Shown here: piece after piece, positions 1-9,233 of the stretch
Position numbering within the stretch: position 1 is the stretch's first letter
Layout of the letters: every line of letters starts with the position of its first letter
Source: an uncultured Eubacterium sp.
GTDB taxonomy: Bacteria; Bacillota; Clostridia; Lachnospirales; Lachnospiraceae
NCBI GenBank assembly: GCA_910579075.1
Contig: CAJTSV010000001.1
Span: forward strand, 11,304 to 75,303
Length of the DNA: 64,000 nt
Reading direction: 5' to 3'
Notes under the pieces: model-generated
The model's input: only the letters and a program-made list of their open reading frames with translations
Databases searched by the model: none
Told to the model about the DNA's origin: nothing
Program-made: the position numbers and the translations under genes

Positions 1-70
1 TTTTTGCCGCAGCATATTCAAATCCCTCTGTTTCCAAAAAGCCGGAAATGTCCTCTATCTGCCTGTCCAT
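1..70 (-). CDS. 5' end of an unidentified CDS leaving the window (MDRQIEDISGFLETEGFEYAAAK...)
   Basis: ATG at 70 (minus strand) with AAGGAGA about 12 nt upstream. The frame stays open to the window edge. Too short to classify. Confidence 0.3.
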   Translation of the reverse strand, partial: MDRQIEDISGFLETEGFEYAAAK

Positions 71-127
71 ATAGAAATTTATTCTCCTTTATGATAATCT
101 GCGCGGTTTCGGCTCAGATTTATGGCA

Positions 128-493
128 TTATTCATACACTTTCTGTACAGCATCTTCTATCCTTTGCAGCATTGGAATCAACAGTTTTTCCAATGCTTCG
201 GCGATTTTAGCATCCTCCTGCGTCTGCAAAGCTCCTGCAAAGGCCATGACCGCATCATTAATCCTTGTCTTGTTCAATACTTCTTCTTTTTCGTTAATCA
301 AATCCAGCGTATTTCCCAATATGCTCATTTCCCAGTTCACGGCGTCTGTTACACTTTTTAACAGTTTATCCGTATCTGGCTTTCTGCAGATTTTCAGTTC
401 ATTCATTAACAATCCTGCATTTCCGATAATTTTGTCCTGAAAATCTCCCAATACCTTTAATGCCTCTATCTGTTCTTTCCTGTTATTTTCCAT
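128..493 (-). CDS. hypothetical small helical acidic protein (121 aa)
   Basis: Clean ORF in the same orientation as the island. No motif recognised. Confidence 0.5.
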   Translation of the reverse strand: MENNRKEQIEALKVLGDFQDKIIGNAGLLMNELKICRKPDTDKLLKSVTDAVNWEMSILGNTLDLINEKEEVLNKTRINDAVMAFAGALQTQEDAKIAEALEKLLIPMLQRIEDAVQKVYE

Positions 494-607
494 GTTCTCT
501 CTCCATTTCTCTTTTATCTTAACCTAAATCTTTAACATAACTTTCCTACTGCTCAGACATCCTACTGCTTTTTAAAAACTGCGCCGCATAGGGCCCTTCA
601 TTAAAAA

Positions 608-1261
608 TCAAATCCAAAACAGATACGCCATGCTCAAATGCTTCCGATAACTGTGTATATTGCGTTTTTCATCTTTTACTGCAATGCATCCGCCTTCGCC
701 CATGCTGTAATTTTTCGTTTCATGAAATCTATAACATCCATAGTCGCCGATTGCTCCCAGAGCTCGTCCTTTATATGTACTCATGACACCCTGGGCTGCA
801 TCCTCAATAACAGTCAGATGATGTCTTTTTGCAATGTCCATAATCACATCCATCTCACAGCCGACCCCTGCATAATGAACGGGTACAATCGCTCTGGTTC
901 TGCCTGAAACGGCTGCTTCTACCTTCTGCTCATCAATATTCATCGTATCTGGCCGGATATCGACAAATCTGATTCTGGCTCCACGCAGTACAAATGCATT
1001 TGCTGTAGATACAAAAGTGTATGACGGCATAATCACCTCATCTCCCGGTTGGATATCTGCAAGCATTGCAGCCATTTCTATCGCATGTGTACACGATGTG
1101 GTCAGAAATACCTCACCCTTTAAAATTCCACTCCAGCGCTTCAGCCAGAAGCTGCAGCGTCTTGTAAATTCACCGTCTCCGCTGAGTTTTTTATTATGAA
1201 TAGCTTCCCTGACATAGCCAAATGCATTTTCTAGGCAAATCGGTTCGTTAAAATTTATCAT
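608..1261 (-). pseudogene. C-terminally truncated DegT/DnrJ/EryC1/WecE-type sugar aminotransferase
   Basis: The N-terminal 200 aa match the fold-type I sugar aminotransferase pattern (TSCTHAIEMAA, DEVIMPSYTFVSTANAF, VHYAGVGCEMD, IEDAAQG, FHETKN with the PLP lysine). The text then degenerates (NIHSYRKHLSMAYLFWI) and stops at 217 aa, against about 370 aa for the family. Only about 115 nt remain before the next gene. Confidence 0.6.
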
Positions 1262-2759
1262 GCTTATTTTCCCCCGATATCGATAAATCTCCGCTTGTTC
1301 TCCTTTGAAATTCCTCTATTATACTTTGTAATTCTTCTGGAGTATCAATTAATGTTTGTGCTCTTTCTTTTGCGAGTACCGACATCTTTTGGTAAAATTC
1401 TGCATCATCCTTATACTTTCTGATTAAATCCGGCATCGTATCGTAGGATTCCGTACAGAATTCTTTTCCAGCACATACTGCCACATCACCATAATCCATG
1501 GTAATAACAGGCAATCCTTTTAATAATGCATCAGTAGCAGAAACTCCTCCTCCTACGCGGTACGGATTAACATAAACATCACACACTTCAAGCCAGGCAA
1601 GTAAATCTGCTGAATATCCAAGATACTGCACCTTATTCCGCAGTCCTGGCATCATCTGCATATATTTTTCATACGAATGAAATCTGGTGCCGATAGCCGC
1701 TGCTGCCATATCTTCATCCAGCACACGCTCCAGCATCTGCATAAAGCTTTCATCTATTTCACTGTCCAGCCGGTTTCCTGCAACAGCCACTATAAACTTG
1801 TTCTCTGGCAGCTTCAGCTCTTTTCTTGTTACTACTGATTTTTGCATATCAGGATTTACTTTCGGCTGAATCGGAATAATACTTGTTTCTTTTATCCCCA
1901 TTCGGCCCAGCAGCTGAAGCTCTGCTTCTTCCAGCTTTCCGCTTAATGTCTGGCAGCTTGTCATCGTCTCCTGTAAATTTCCGGTTGTGCCATATGTCAG
2001 CACAGGTATCATTTTATCAATCAGATTCGCCAATATGCTGCCGCCTCCAATCGCTATTACCAGTCCAGGCTTTACATTCATGACTGTTTGAAGCAGTGCG
2101 CGTAAGTCTGCTGTATTGGGCATATTATTTTCACACTGGAAATAAGGAATGTCCGCTCCCTTCCACGCAATCGATTCTTTGTATAAATAGCTGTCAATAT
2201 ATTCTGAATAAAACGGTTTATAGAACACGATTTCAATAATTTTAGATAAAAATTCAGCTGTATTGATTACCAGCACTTTTTTATGCATATGCTCCATCAG
2301 AAATTTCGCTTTATCAAACGCCATTTTTGTCGGAGCATGAAAACCGCTCAAAATCTGAGGGACAATCACAAAAACGAGATTCTGATTTCTCTGTTCATAT
2401 GGAATATATTTTAATAAATCCTGTGTTTCATTTTCATAAGAGCTTACAATCTGCTCCAGCAATTTCCATCTTAAATATTTAGAATTACTATTATCATAAC
2501 TGCGATAGCTGAACGACAGCGATGCTATTTGATTATATAAATAAAATTTGAGATTCGGTTCAAGCTTCCGTTCATCTATTACATATTTTATAAACTCCTC
2601 CATGACCTTTGCACTCTGTGTTTCCTCCAGCATCACAGAATACATCCAGACCCTGATAAGAGGTTTGCTTTCTAACAGCATAGCATGAAGCCTGCCTAAT
2701 ATAGTTTCTTTGTTTTCTTTTATTTCTTTTTCCATGATTCCAATCAATGTATTCATCAT
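1248..2759 (-). CDS. putative flagellin-glycan glycosyltransferase with a GT-B (GT41/SPINDLY-like) C-terminal domain
   Basis: The C-terminal segment VAVAGNRLDSEI...VQYLGYSADLLAWLEVCDVYVNPYRVGGGVSATDALLKGLPVITM is paralogous to the C-termini of 13028..14344 and 15861..18599. The true 5' end is uncertain (see finding at 2759-2865). Confidence 0.55.
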   Translation of the reverse strand: MMNTLIGIMEKEIKENKETILGRLHAMLLESKPLIRVWMYSVMLEETQSAKVMEEFIKYVIDERKLEPNLKFYLYNQIASLSFSYRSYDNSNSKYLRWKLLEQIVSSYENETQDLLKYIPYEQRNQNLVFVIVPQILSGFHAPTKMAFDKAKFLMEHMHKKVLVINTAEFLSKIIEIVFYKPFYSEYIDSYLYKESIAWKGADIPYFQCENNMPNTADLRALLQTVMNVKPGLVIAIGGGSILANLIDKMIPVLTYGTTGNLQETMTSCQTLSGKLEEAELQLLGRMGIKETSIIPIQPKVNPDMQKSVVTRKELKLPENKFIVAVAGNRLDSEIDESFMQMLERVLDEDMAAAAIGTRFHSYEKYMQMMPGLRNKVQYLGYSADLLAWLEVCDVYVNPYRVGGGVSATDALLKGLPVITMDYGDVAVCAGKEFCTESYDTMPDLIRKYKDDAEFYQKMSVLAKERAQTLIDTPEELQSIIEEFQRRTSGDLSISGENKHDKF

Positions 2760-2892
2760 CGCTGTCAGTTTTTCTGATACATAATCGGGATGTAAATCTA
2801 TCTCTTTTTGGATAAGTTCACACAGTTTGAATGCTTTCTCAAAAGCCCCATAATTTTCCCCCTCCTTTCATAAATTTTATCATCTGATTATA

Positions 2893-4929
2893 TTAATCAT
2901 AAATACACAAATGCACAATATGCCCTAAAATAATGGACAGATACTTTTGATACAATTCTTCATTTTCCAGGTCATTTCCCTCTAAATCTGCCAGCCTTAC
3001 CCAGCAATCTTTCAGATAGAACCTGCCATCATCCTGTACTGGAAAAGAATTTCTAAAGTAAAATACACAATCCTTCGCATAAATAGCCGCCTGATAAGGG
3101 TCTCCCGGATGGAGGCTTTCTGTAATGGCATATTCCCGTCCTTCCCCTCCAAATGCCTTTGGCAGCATTCCATCAATTTTTATGTCTTTCATTCTAATGT
3201 CCGCAAGCCTGCACATGATTTTTATATAATCACATGTGGAAATCAGCTCATTACATACCTGGCTTTTCACGCCATCTCCCCGGAACATAAATGCTACTCT
3301 GGTGCGTCCCTCAGAGCAGAAATGCTCTCCTTGCGGCACCAGATATCCCTGCCCATGGTCTGCGTACAAAGAAACCAAAATGTCTTCATTCTTATAATTG
3401 CGTTCAATATACTGATATACCATGTTTAACAAAGCATCGATTCGTGTTGCCATTTTTTCATACCAAATGCGTTTATTATCGCTATAATCTTGTTTTACAG
3501 ATGTAAAACCCATTTCTTCATTTGTATAATTTGTGATATCCAGACGACTCTGGACTGACACAGGCATGTCAAATCCATCTGCAATATCATGTAAATCACC
3601 AATGCATACTCCTAAAACCTGATTTGTCTCTTTGAACGCTTCAATATGGTCAACGATTTCGCCCGCTAATTCCTGTGCACGAAATCCAACTGTACCATGC
3701 TGATAAATATACTGGTCACATCCTCTGCCATATCCATGCAGCGGAATGGCTCTCCAATTTCCAGTCATTTCAGAAGTAAAGTAGCCTTTTTCATGAAAAT
3801 ACTCTGTCAATGTCGGGTATTCCAGCGGCAATGCCCCATCAAGAACATTATGGAACAGCATATGATGTGCCGTATATAATCCAGTCGCATAGTTTGCAAT
3901 ACTCGGATATGTCCACTCTGCGGCACTGTATGCCCTCGTGCAAATAGTCCCTTTTTCAAAAAAAGCTGCTGTAAACGGCATCCGTTTTTTGAATTTTTCC
4001 CCATCCAGTATGCACTGGGCAAGACCATCTACAAATAAATTAAGTATTAATTTTTTTCTTCCCTCTTTCTGGTGCATCAAAACAGGTCTTCCATAATAAG
4101 ACTTTCCAGAAGAATATATCGTACTGTCTGGCGGAATGCGGTAATAATTAAAATGTCTGCTGACTGACTGCTTCAACTGATATTCATGATTCGAATGCAA
4201 AATTTTATGTATAGTATTATCATTTTCTGATGCAACTGGCAAAAGCACATCGGAACTTCCATCTTCAACATAAAATTCATTGCCCTCTGTTACCTTTATA
4301 AATTCCCCTTTTATATGCAGCAAATCACGATTGTTATCATAATCTCTTGTCAATACATGATCCCAGTAAATACCTGCATATTTCTTTTTGTAAACCGATT
4401 CCCAATAATATTGTCCTAAAATCTGTTCAGGGCTTCGAAAGGCTCTTTCATTCAAGCCCCATTTCTTTCCAACCCAGTATTCATACCCCGCATGCTGCCG
4501 GCTGTCTGTTCCGGTCTCATGCTTTATGCTGCATAAATACATCCGCTGTTTTAATCCCAGCTTTTCAATTTTCTGCTTTAATTTACAGTACTCATATAAT
4601 GTTAATGCACGCCCATAAGACATCCATGCCAAAAACCATTCTTCTTTCTGCTCATATACGCATCCTAAATTATACTGCAAGTCCCCATTACAAGGATATT
4701 TCCGGACTCCTTCCAGGGCATGCTGCAAAGCGGCGTCTACATTTCCGCTATACAAGTCAAACATTGTTTCCATGGCAGACACATCCAAATCAGCCGGACA
4801 TTCCTCTTTATACTGTTCGATAAGCTTTGCCGCTTGCACCAGCTCTCCTGTCTGTAAGGCCCTTTGTACAAACAGCTTTATGACGCTGACATGCCCTCTC
4901 CTGACAGCAAGCATCTCCTGAATATCCAT
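2893..4929 (-). CDS. TPR + alkaline-phosphatase-superfamily (NPP/phosphodiesterase-like) protein; distal part of a gene split by an in-frame TAA
   Basis: TPR-like N-terminus (ALQTGELVQAAKLIEQYKE..., NLGCVYEQKEEWFLAWMSYGRAL). AP-superfamily motifs are present: LNLFVDGLAQ, EWTYPSIANYATGL, GDLHDIADG, SLYADHGQGY. About 75-80% identical to 5468..7963. No TM segment or signal peptide seen. Confidence 0.65.
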   Translation of the reverse strand: MDIQEMLAVRRGHVSVIKLFVQRALQTGELVQAAKLIEQYKEECPADLDVSAMETMFDLYSGNVDAALQHALEGVRKYPCNGDLQYNLGCVYEQKEEWFLAWMSYGRALTLYEYCKLKQKIEKLGLKQRMYLCSIKHETGTDSRQHAGYEYWVGKKWGLNERAFRSPEQILGQYYWESVYKKKYAGIYWDHVLTRDYDNNRDLLHIKGEFIKVTEGNEFYVEDGSSDVLLPVASENDNTIHKILHSNHEYQLKQSVSRHFNYYRIPPDSTIYSSGKSYYGRPVLMHQKEGRKKLILNLFVDGLAQCILDGEKFKKRMPFTAAFFEKGTICTRAYSAAEWTYPSIANYATGLYTAHHMLFHNVLDGALPLEYPTLTEYFHEKGYFTSEMTGNWRAIPLHGYGRGCDQYIYQHGTVGFRAQELAGEIVDHIEAFKETNQVLGVCIGDLHDIADGFDMPVSVQSRLDITNYTNEEMGFTSVKQDYSDNKRIWYEKMATRIDALLNMVYQYIERNYKNEDILVSLYADHGQGYLVPQGEHFCSEGRTRVAFMFRGDGVKSQVCNELISTCDYIKIMCRLADIRMKDIKIDGMLPKAFGGEGREYAITESLHPGDPYQAAIYAKDCVFYFRNSFPVQDDGRFYLKDCWVRLADLEGNDLENEELYQKYLSIILGHIVHLCIYD

Positions 4930-5004
4930 AGCTATAGCAGCTTCTGTTTCAAGTCTGCTTTCATTTTCCGCATTCAGGTTTATATATAATACTTCTCCAA
5001 TATT

Positions 5005-5382
5005 TTAATATAACTCTTTAAGATATGCCGTTTGCTGCTGGTCCTGACAGATAATAACGGTATTCTGATTACCGCATTTCAGCTTTTCTTCATATTTATA
5101 AAATCCCCCCGATTTCCCCAAAAACGAAATATACATACAATCTGGCATTTCGGATATTTTCTCTATTTCAGCTGCATTGCATGTAATAACAGCTTTGCAA
5201 TCTATTTCTTTTTCCATGGAATGAATATATTTTTTCAATTCATCCATAAAAGTATCGCTGTCTTCCTGTAAAGTTTCCGTTATAAATCCCAGCTGCTCAA
5301 AAATTGTACCCAGCTCTCCAAGCATTTCAGATTCAGCTGGGTACATTGTTTTATTCATAAGCAGCAATAATTTACTTTCCAT
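5005..5382 (-). CDS. N-terminal module (125 aa) split from the downstream TPR/AP-superfamily gene by a TAA codon
   Basis: Aligns residue-for-residue with aa 20-145 of the 850-aa ORF 5468..8020 (MESKLLLLMNKTMYPAE.. against MDNKLLLLMNKTMYPAE..). The stop at 5005..5007 is in frame with the ATG at 4929. Confidence 0.6.
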   Translation of the reverse strand: MESKLLLLMNKTMYPAESEMLGELGTIFEQLGFITETLQEDSDTFMDELKKYIHSMEKEIDCKAVITCNAAEIEKISEMPDCMYISFLGKSGGFYKYEEKLKCGNQNTVIICQDQQQTAYLKELY

Positions 5383-5467
5383 TTCTGTCTCCTCAGCATT
5401 TTATTTTTAACCAATTTCAAAATTTCCCTGAAAACACACCAGAATTACAAATACTCTCTGTTCTATA

Positions 5468-7963
5468 TTAATCATATATACACAAATGTGCAATATGTTC
5501 TAAAATAATTGACAGATACTTTTGAAGCATATCTTCATTATCCATATCATTTCCTTCCAAATCTGCCAGCCTTACATAACAGTCCTTCAGATAAAACCTT
5601 CCATCATCCTGTACTGGAAAAGAGTTTCTGAAATAAAATACACAATCCTTCGCATAAACAGCTGCCTGGTAAGGGTCTCCTGGATGAAGGCTTTCTGTAA
5701 TGGCATATTCCCGGCCTGCTCCGCCAAATGCCTTTGGCAGTACGCCATCGATTTTTATATCTTTCATTTTAATATCTGCAAGCCTGCACATAATTTTTAT
5801 GTAATCACATGTCGAAATCAGCTCGTCACAGACCTGGCTTTTGACACCACTCCCCCGGAACATAAAAGCTACCCTGGCACGCCCTTCTGAACAAAAATGT
5901 TCCCCCTGCGGTACCAAATACCCTTGTCCATGATCCGCATATAACGAAACCAGAATATCTTCACTGTCATAATTGTTTTCAATATACTGATAAACAATAT
6001 TCAATAGAATATCCAGCCTTGTCGCCATCTTTTCATATCGAATTCGTTTATTATCACTATAATCCTGCTTTACCGAAGTAATCCCTGTTTCCTCATTCGT
6101 ACAGTTTGCAATATCCAGCTGGCTCTGAACCATATCAGGCATTTCAAATCCATCTGCAATGTCATGCAGTTCGCCAAAACACACTCCTAACACCTGATTG
6201 GTTTCTTTAAATGTTTCAATATGGTCGATTATCTCGCCAGCCAGCTCCTGGGCCCGGAATCCTAATAATCCGTGCTGATAGACATACTGATCACAGCCCC
6301 TGGTATAGCCATATAATGGTATTGCTCTCCAATTTCCAGTCAGTTCAGATGTAAAATAACCTTTTTCATGAAAATATTCTGTCAGAGTTGGATATTCTTC
6401 AGGCAGCGGAATATCCATCGTATTATGAAACAGCATATGATGTGTAATATCCAGACCAGTCGCATAGCTGGCAATACTCGGATATGTCCACTCCGCTGCG
6501 CTGTATGCTCTTGTACATACAGTCCCTTCTCCAAAAAACCTGGCCGTATAAGGCATGATTCTTTTGAAGTTCTTCCCATCCAGCACGCTCTGAGCCAGGC
6601 CATCCACAAACAAATTCAGAATTAATTTTTTTCTTCCTGCTTCCTGATGCAGAGGAATCGGTCTTCCATAATACGACTTGCCCGATGAATATACCCTGCT
6701 GTCTGGCGGCAGCCGGTAATAAGTGAACTGCTTGTTAACTGACTGCTTTACCTTATACTCATTCCCCAAATGAAGAATTTTGTGAATAGTACCGTCATTT
6801 TCTGCTGCAATTGGCAAAAGCACATCTGCTTTGCCGCTCTTGATATAAAATTCCTCTCCTTCAGTTACTGTAACAAACTCTCCTTTTGTGTGCTGCATAT
6901 CCAGCTGATTATCATAATACCTTGTCAGCACTTGATCCCAGTATATTCCAGCATATTTTTTCTCATATAGGGATATCCAATAATATTTTCCTAATATCTG
7001 CACAGGATCCCGAAATGCTTTTTCGGTCAGTCCAAAATTTTTTTCCAGCCAGTAATCACAGCCTGCATTATTTTTATCTTTTAACCATATTTCATGTTTT
7101 TCCTTGCAGACATATAGCCGTTTATTCAATTCCAGTTTCTCTATTTTTCTATTTCTATTTCCCTTGGTATAAAAAGCAAATGCACGTCCATAAGATATCC
7201 ACGCTAAAAACCATTCTTCTTTCATTTCATAAATGCTTCCCAGATTATAATATAAATCTGCATTACATGGGTACTTATGAACACCTTTTAAAGCATGCTG
7301 CAGAGCCAAATCAATATTTCCACTATATAAATCCAGCATGGTCTCCATTGCAATAACATCTAAATCTAACGGACATACGTTTTTATACTGTATGATTAAT
7401 TCCTCTGCCCGTTGTAAGTCTCCTGATTCCAGCGCTCTTTGTGCGAATAATTTCAAGATACTGGCCTGTCCACGCCTGACAGCAATCAGCTCCTGAATGT
7501 CCATCGCCATTGCAGCTTCTGCTTCAAGCCTTCCGCCACTTTCCAGTACTAAATCTGCATAGAGTACTTCTCCAATATTTTTATAATTTTCTCTGATATA
7601 CCCTATCCAGCTTGAATCTTGGCAGAAAATAACCGTATTTCTATTTCCATATTTTAATTTTTCTTCATATGCCTGAAAACTATGTTCTCCTTTCCCCAAA
7701 TATGTGATATAAAGACAGTTATCAGGCATTTCTGAAATGTATTCTATTTTATCTGCATTACAGGTAATAACAGCCTTGCAGTCTATCTCTGTCTTCATAA
7801 AAATAAAATATTGTTTCAGTTCATCATTGAAAGTACTATTGTCTGTCTGCAGCACTTTCAGTTCAAATCCCAGCTGATCAAATACCTGTCCCAGTTCTCT
7901 AAGCAGTTCGAATTCAGCTGGATACATTGTTTTATTCATCAACAGCAATAATTTATTATCCAT
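5468..7963 (-). CDS. intact N-terminal module + TPR + alkaline-phosphatase-superfamily protein (831 aa from the ATG at 7963)
   Basis: Same motifs as the paralogue: LNLFVDGLAQ, EWTYPSIASYATGL, GELHDIADG, SLYADHGQGY. I chose the start at 7963 because it matches the paralogue N-terminus and has a GGGAGAAAGG RBS. The ORF track start at 8020 adds 19 unmatched residues. Confidence 0.7.
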   Translation of the reverse strand: MDNKLLLLMNKTMYPAEFELLRELGQVFDQLGFELKVLQTDNSTFNDELKQYFIFMKTEIDCKAVITCNADKIEYISEMPDNCLYITYLGKGEHSFQAYEEKLKYGNRNTVIFCQDSSWIGYIRENYKNIGEVLYADLVLESGGRLEAEAAMAMDIQELIAVRRGQASILKLFAQRALESGDLQRAEELIIQYKNVCPLDLDVIAMETMLDLYSGNIDLALQHALKGVHKYPCNADLYYNLGSIYEMKEEWFLAWISYGRAFAFYTKGNRNRKIEKLELNKRLYVCKEKHEIWLKDKNNAGCDYWLEKNFGLTEKAFRDPVQILGKYYWISLYEKKYAGIYWDQVLTRYYDNQLDMQHTKGEFVTVTEGEEFYIKSGKADVLLPIAAENDGTIHKILHLGNEYKVKQSVNKQFTYYRLPPDSRVYSSGKSYYGRPIPLHQEAGRKKLILNLFVDGLAQSVLDGKNFKRIMPYTARFFGEGTVCTRAYSAAEWTYPSIASYATGLDITHHMLFHNTMDIPLPEEYPTLTEYFHEKGYFTSELTGNWRAIPLYGYTRGCDQYVYQHGLLGFRAQELAGEIIDHIETFKETNQVLGVCFGELHDIADGFEMPDMVQSQLDIANCTNEETGITSVKQDYSDNKRIRYEKMATRLDILLNIVYQYIENNYDSEDILVSLYADHGQGYLVPQGEHFCSEGRARVAFMFRGSGVKSQVCDELISTCDYIKIMCRLADIKMKDIKIDGVLPKAFGGAGREYAITESLHPGDPYQAAVYAKDCVFYFRNSFPVQDDGRFYLKDCYVRLADLEGNDMDNEDMLQKYLSIILEHIAHLCIYD

Positions 7964-8037
7964 TTCAGCCTTTCTCCCATGTATCCGCCTATGGCAAATA
8001 TGTTCATTTTCTTTTGTCAAACACCCACTCTAACCAT

Positions 8038-8484
8038 CTACAGCATATATGTTAAATCTTTTATCATTGTCAGCCAGTTTTCCTTTCTGCAAATCACCCT
8101 GCATCCCTGCTCCTGGTAAAATCTGACTGCAGTAATGTTCTTCCCATATACCTCCAGCTTAATCTTAGAAATTCCCCGTATACATGCTTCTTTTTCTACA
8201 CATTCCCATAAAATTCTGCCTATCCCTTTTCCCTGAACTTCTGGCATTACTGCAATAGAACTAATATATGTACAAGACTGATTATTCATATATACCGCAC
8301 AATGCCCAAGTACTTTTTCTTTTTCATGTACATAAAACATTACTGCATTCTGTGCAAGCTTCCAGGCATAATCTTTTATATCAACACGCTGCGAAAGGGC
8401 TGGTACAAGCACTGTATCAAACTGTTTTAAAATTGTTTCGACTTTTTTTATTTCAACAGGCGGATAATAAGCTGCAATTTCCAT
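8038..8484 (-). CDS. GNAT family N-acetyltransferase
   Basis: Acetyl-CoA binding motif IAVMPEVQGKGIGRILW. 148 aa. Confidence 0.7.
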   Translation of the reverse strand: MEIAAYYPPVEIKKVETILKQFDTVLVPALSQRVDIKDYAWKLAQNAVMFYVHEKEKVLGHCAVYMNNQSCTYISSIAVMPEVQGKGIGRILWECVEKEACIRGISKIKLEVYGKNITAVRFYQEQGCRVICRKENWLTMIKDLTYML

Positions 8485-8496
8485 GTGAACCTTCTC

Positions 8497-9225
8497 CTAG
8501 GATATCGTATACCTGTCCAACAGATTCTTTACCTTTTCTTTTGAATTAAACATTAATACATCCAGAATAGATAATAATTCTACAAAAGAATTATCAAACT
8601 GCTGGTACACAATATTCTCCATCTGCAAAAATGACAGCTGAATGCCTTCCTTTTTAAATTCTTCTTTATCATACAAGGCTTTTCCACCATATGGATTCAA
8701 ATATTCATCAGCATCCAGCCTATGGCAGATTTCCAGAACTTTCTCATTTTTCTTTAACTCATGTCCAATCTCCAGTTTGGATGAAACAATTATTTCTGTA
8801 CCAATATCCAGATATTCTGCTATCTTCTTAACGGAATAAAATATGTATTCAAATAAATTTTCATTTTGACAATCAATGCATTCACAAAATAGCCAAAAAA
8901 TATTTTCAAAAAAAGGAGCTTTTTGATAAGCCATTTTAATCTGGTTCTTAATTTTCGCACGGTCAAAATTTGCTGCCGTCTTCCTATTTATAACATCTGA
9001 ATAGTCAGACGCTCTGGCTATTGGAATGGTGAAATATTTTGCCTGCCCATTACATAAATATCGATTTCGGTTAAACCATCCTTTTTTTGTATATTCAATA
9101 TTATCATAAATCACATATTTATCAACTGCGCGCAAAAGCTGAAAATATCCCAGATAAGGCCAAAAATACGGCTGCATAATTCCTATTCTCAAATTCTTCC
9201 ACCTTCTATTGTAACACCTTTCCAT
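8497..9225 (-). CDS. WbqC-family protein
   Basis: IMQPYFWPYLGYFQLL...KGWFNRNRY is the characteristic WbqC N-terminus. The start at 9225 lies just after the stop of the upstream gene. The longer ORF reaching 9357 overlaps that gene. Confidence 0.7.
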   Translation of the reverse strand: MERCYNRRWKNLRIGIMQPYFWPYLGYFQLLRAVDKYVIYDNIEYTKKGWFNRNRYLCNGQAKYFTIPIARASDYSDVINRKTAANFDRAKIKNQIKMAYQKAPFFENIFWLFCECIDCQNENLFEYIFYSVKKIAEYLDIGTEIIVSSKLEIGHELKKNEKVLEICHRLDADEYLNPYGGKALYDKEEFKKEGIQLSFLQMENIVYQQFDNSFVELLSILDVLMFNSKEKVKNLLDRYTIS

Positions 9226-9233
9226 TCGTATTG

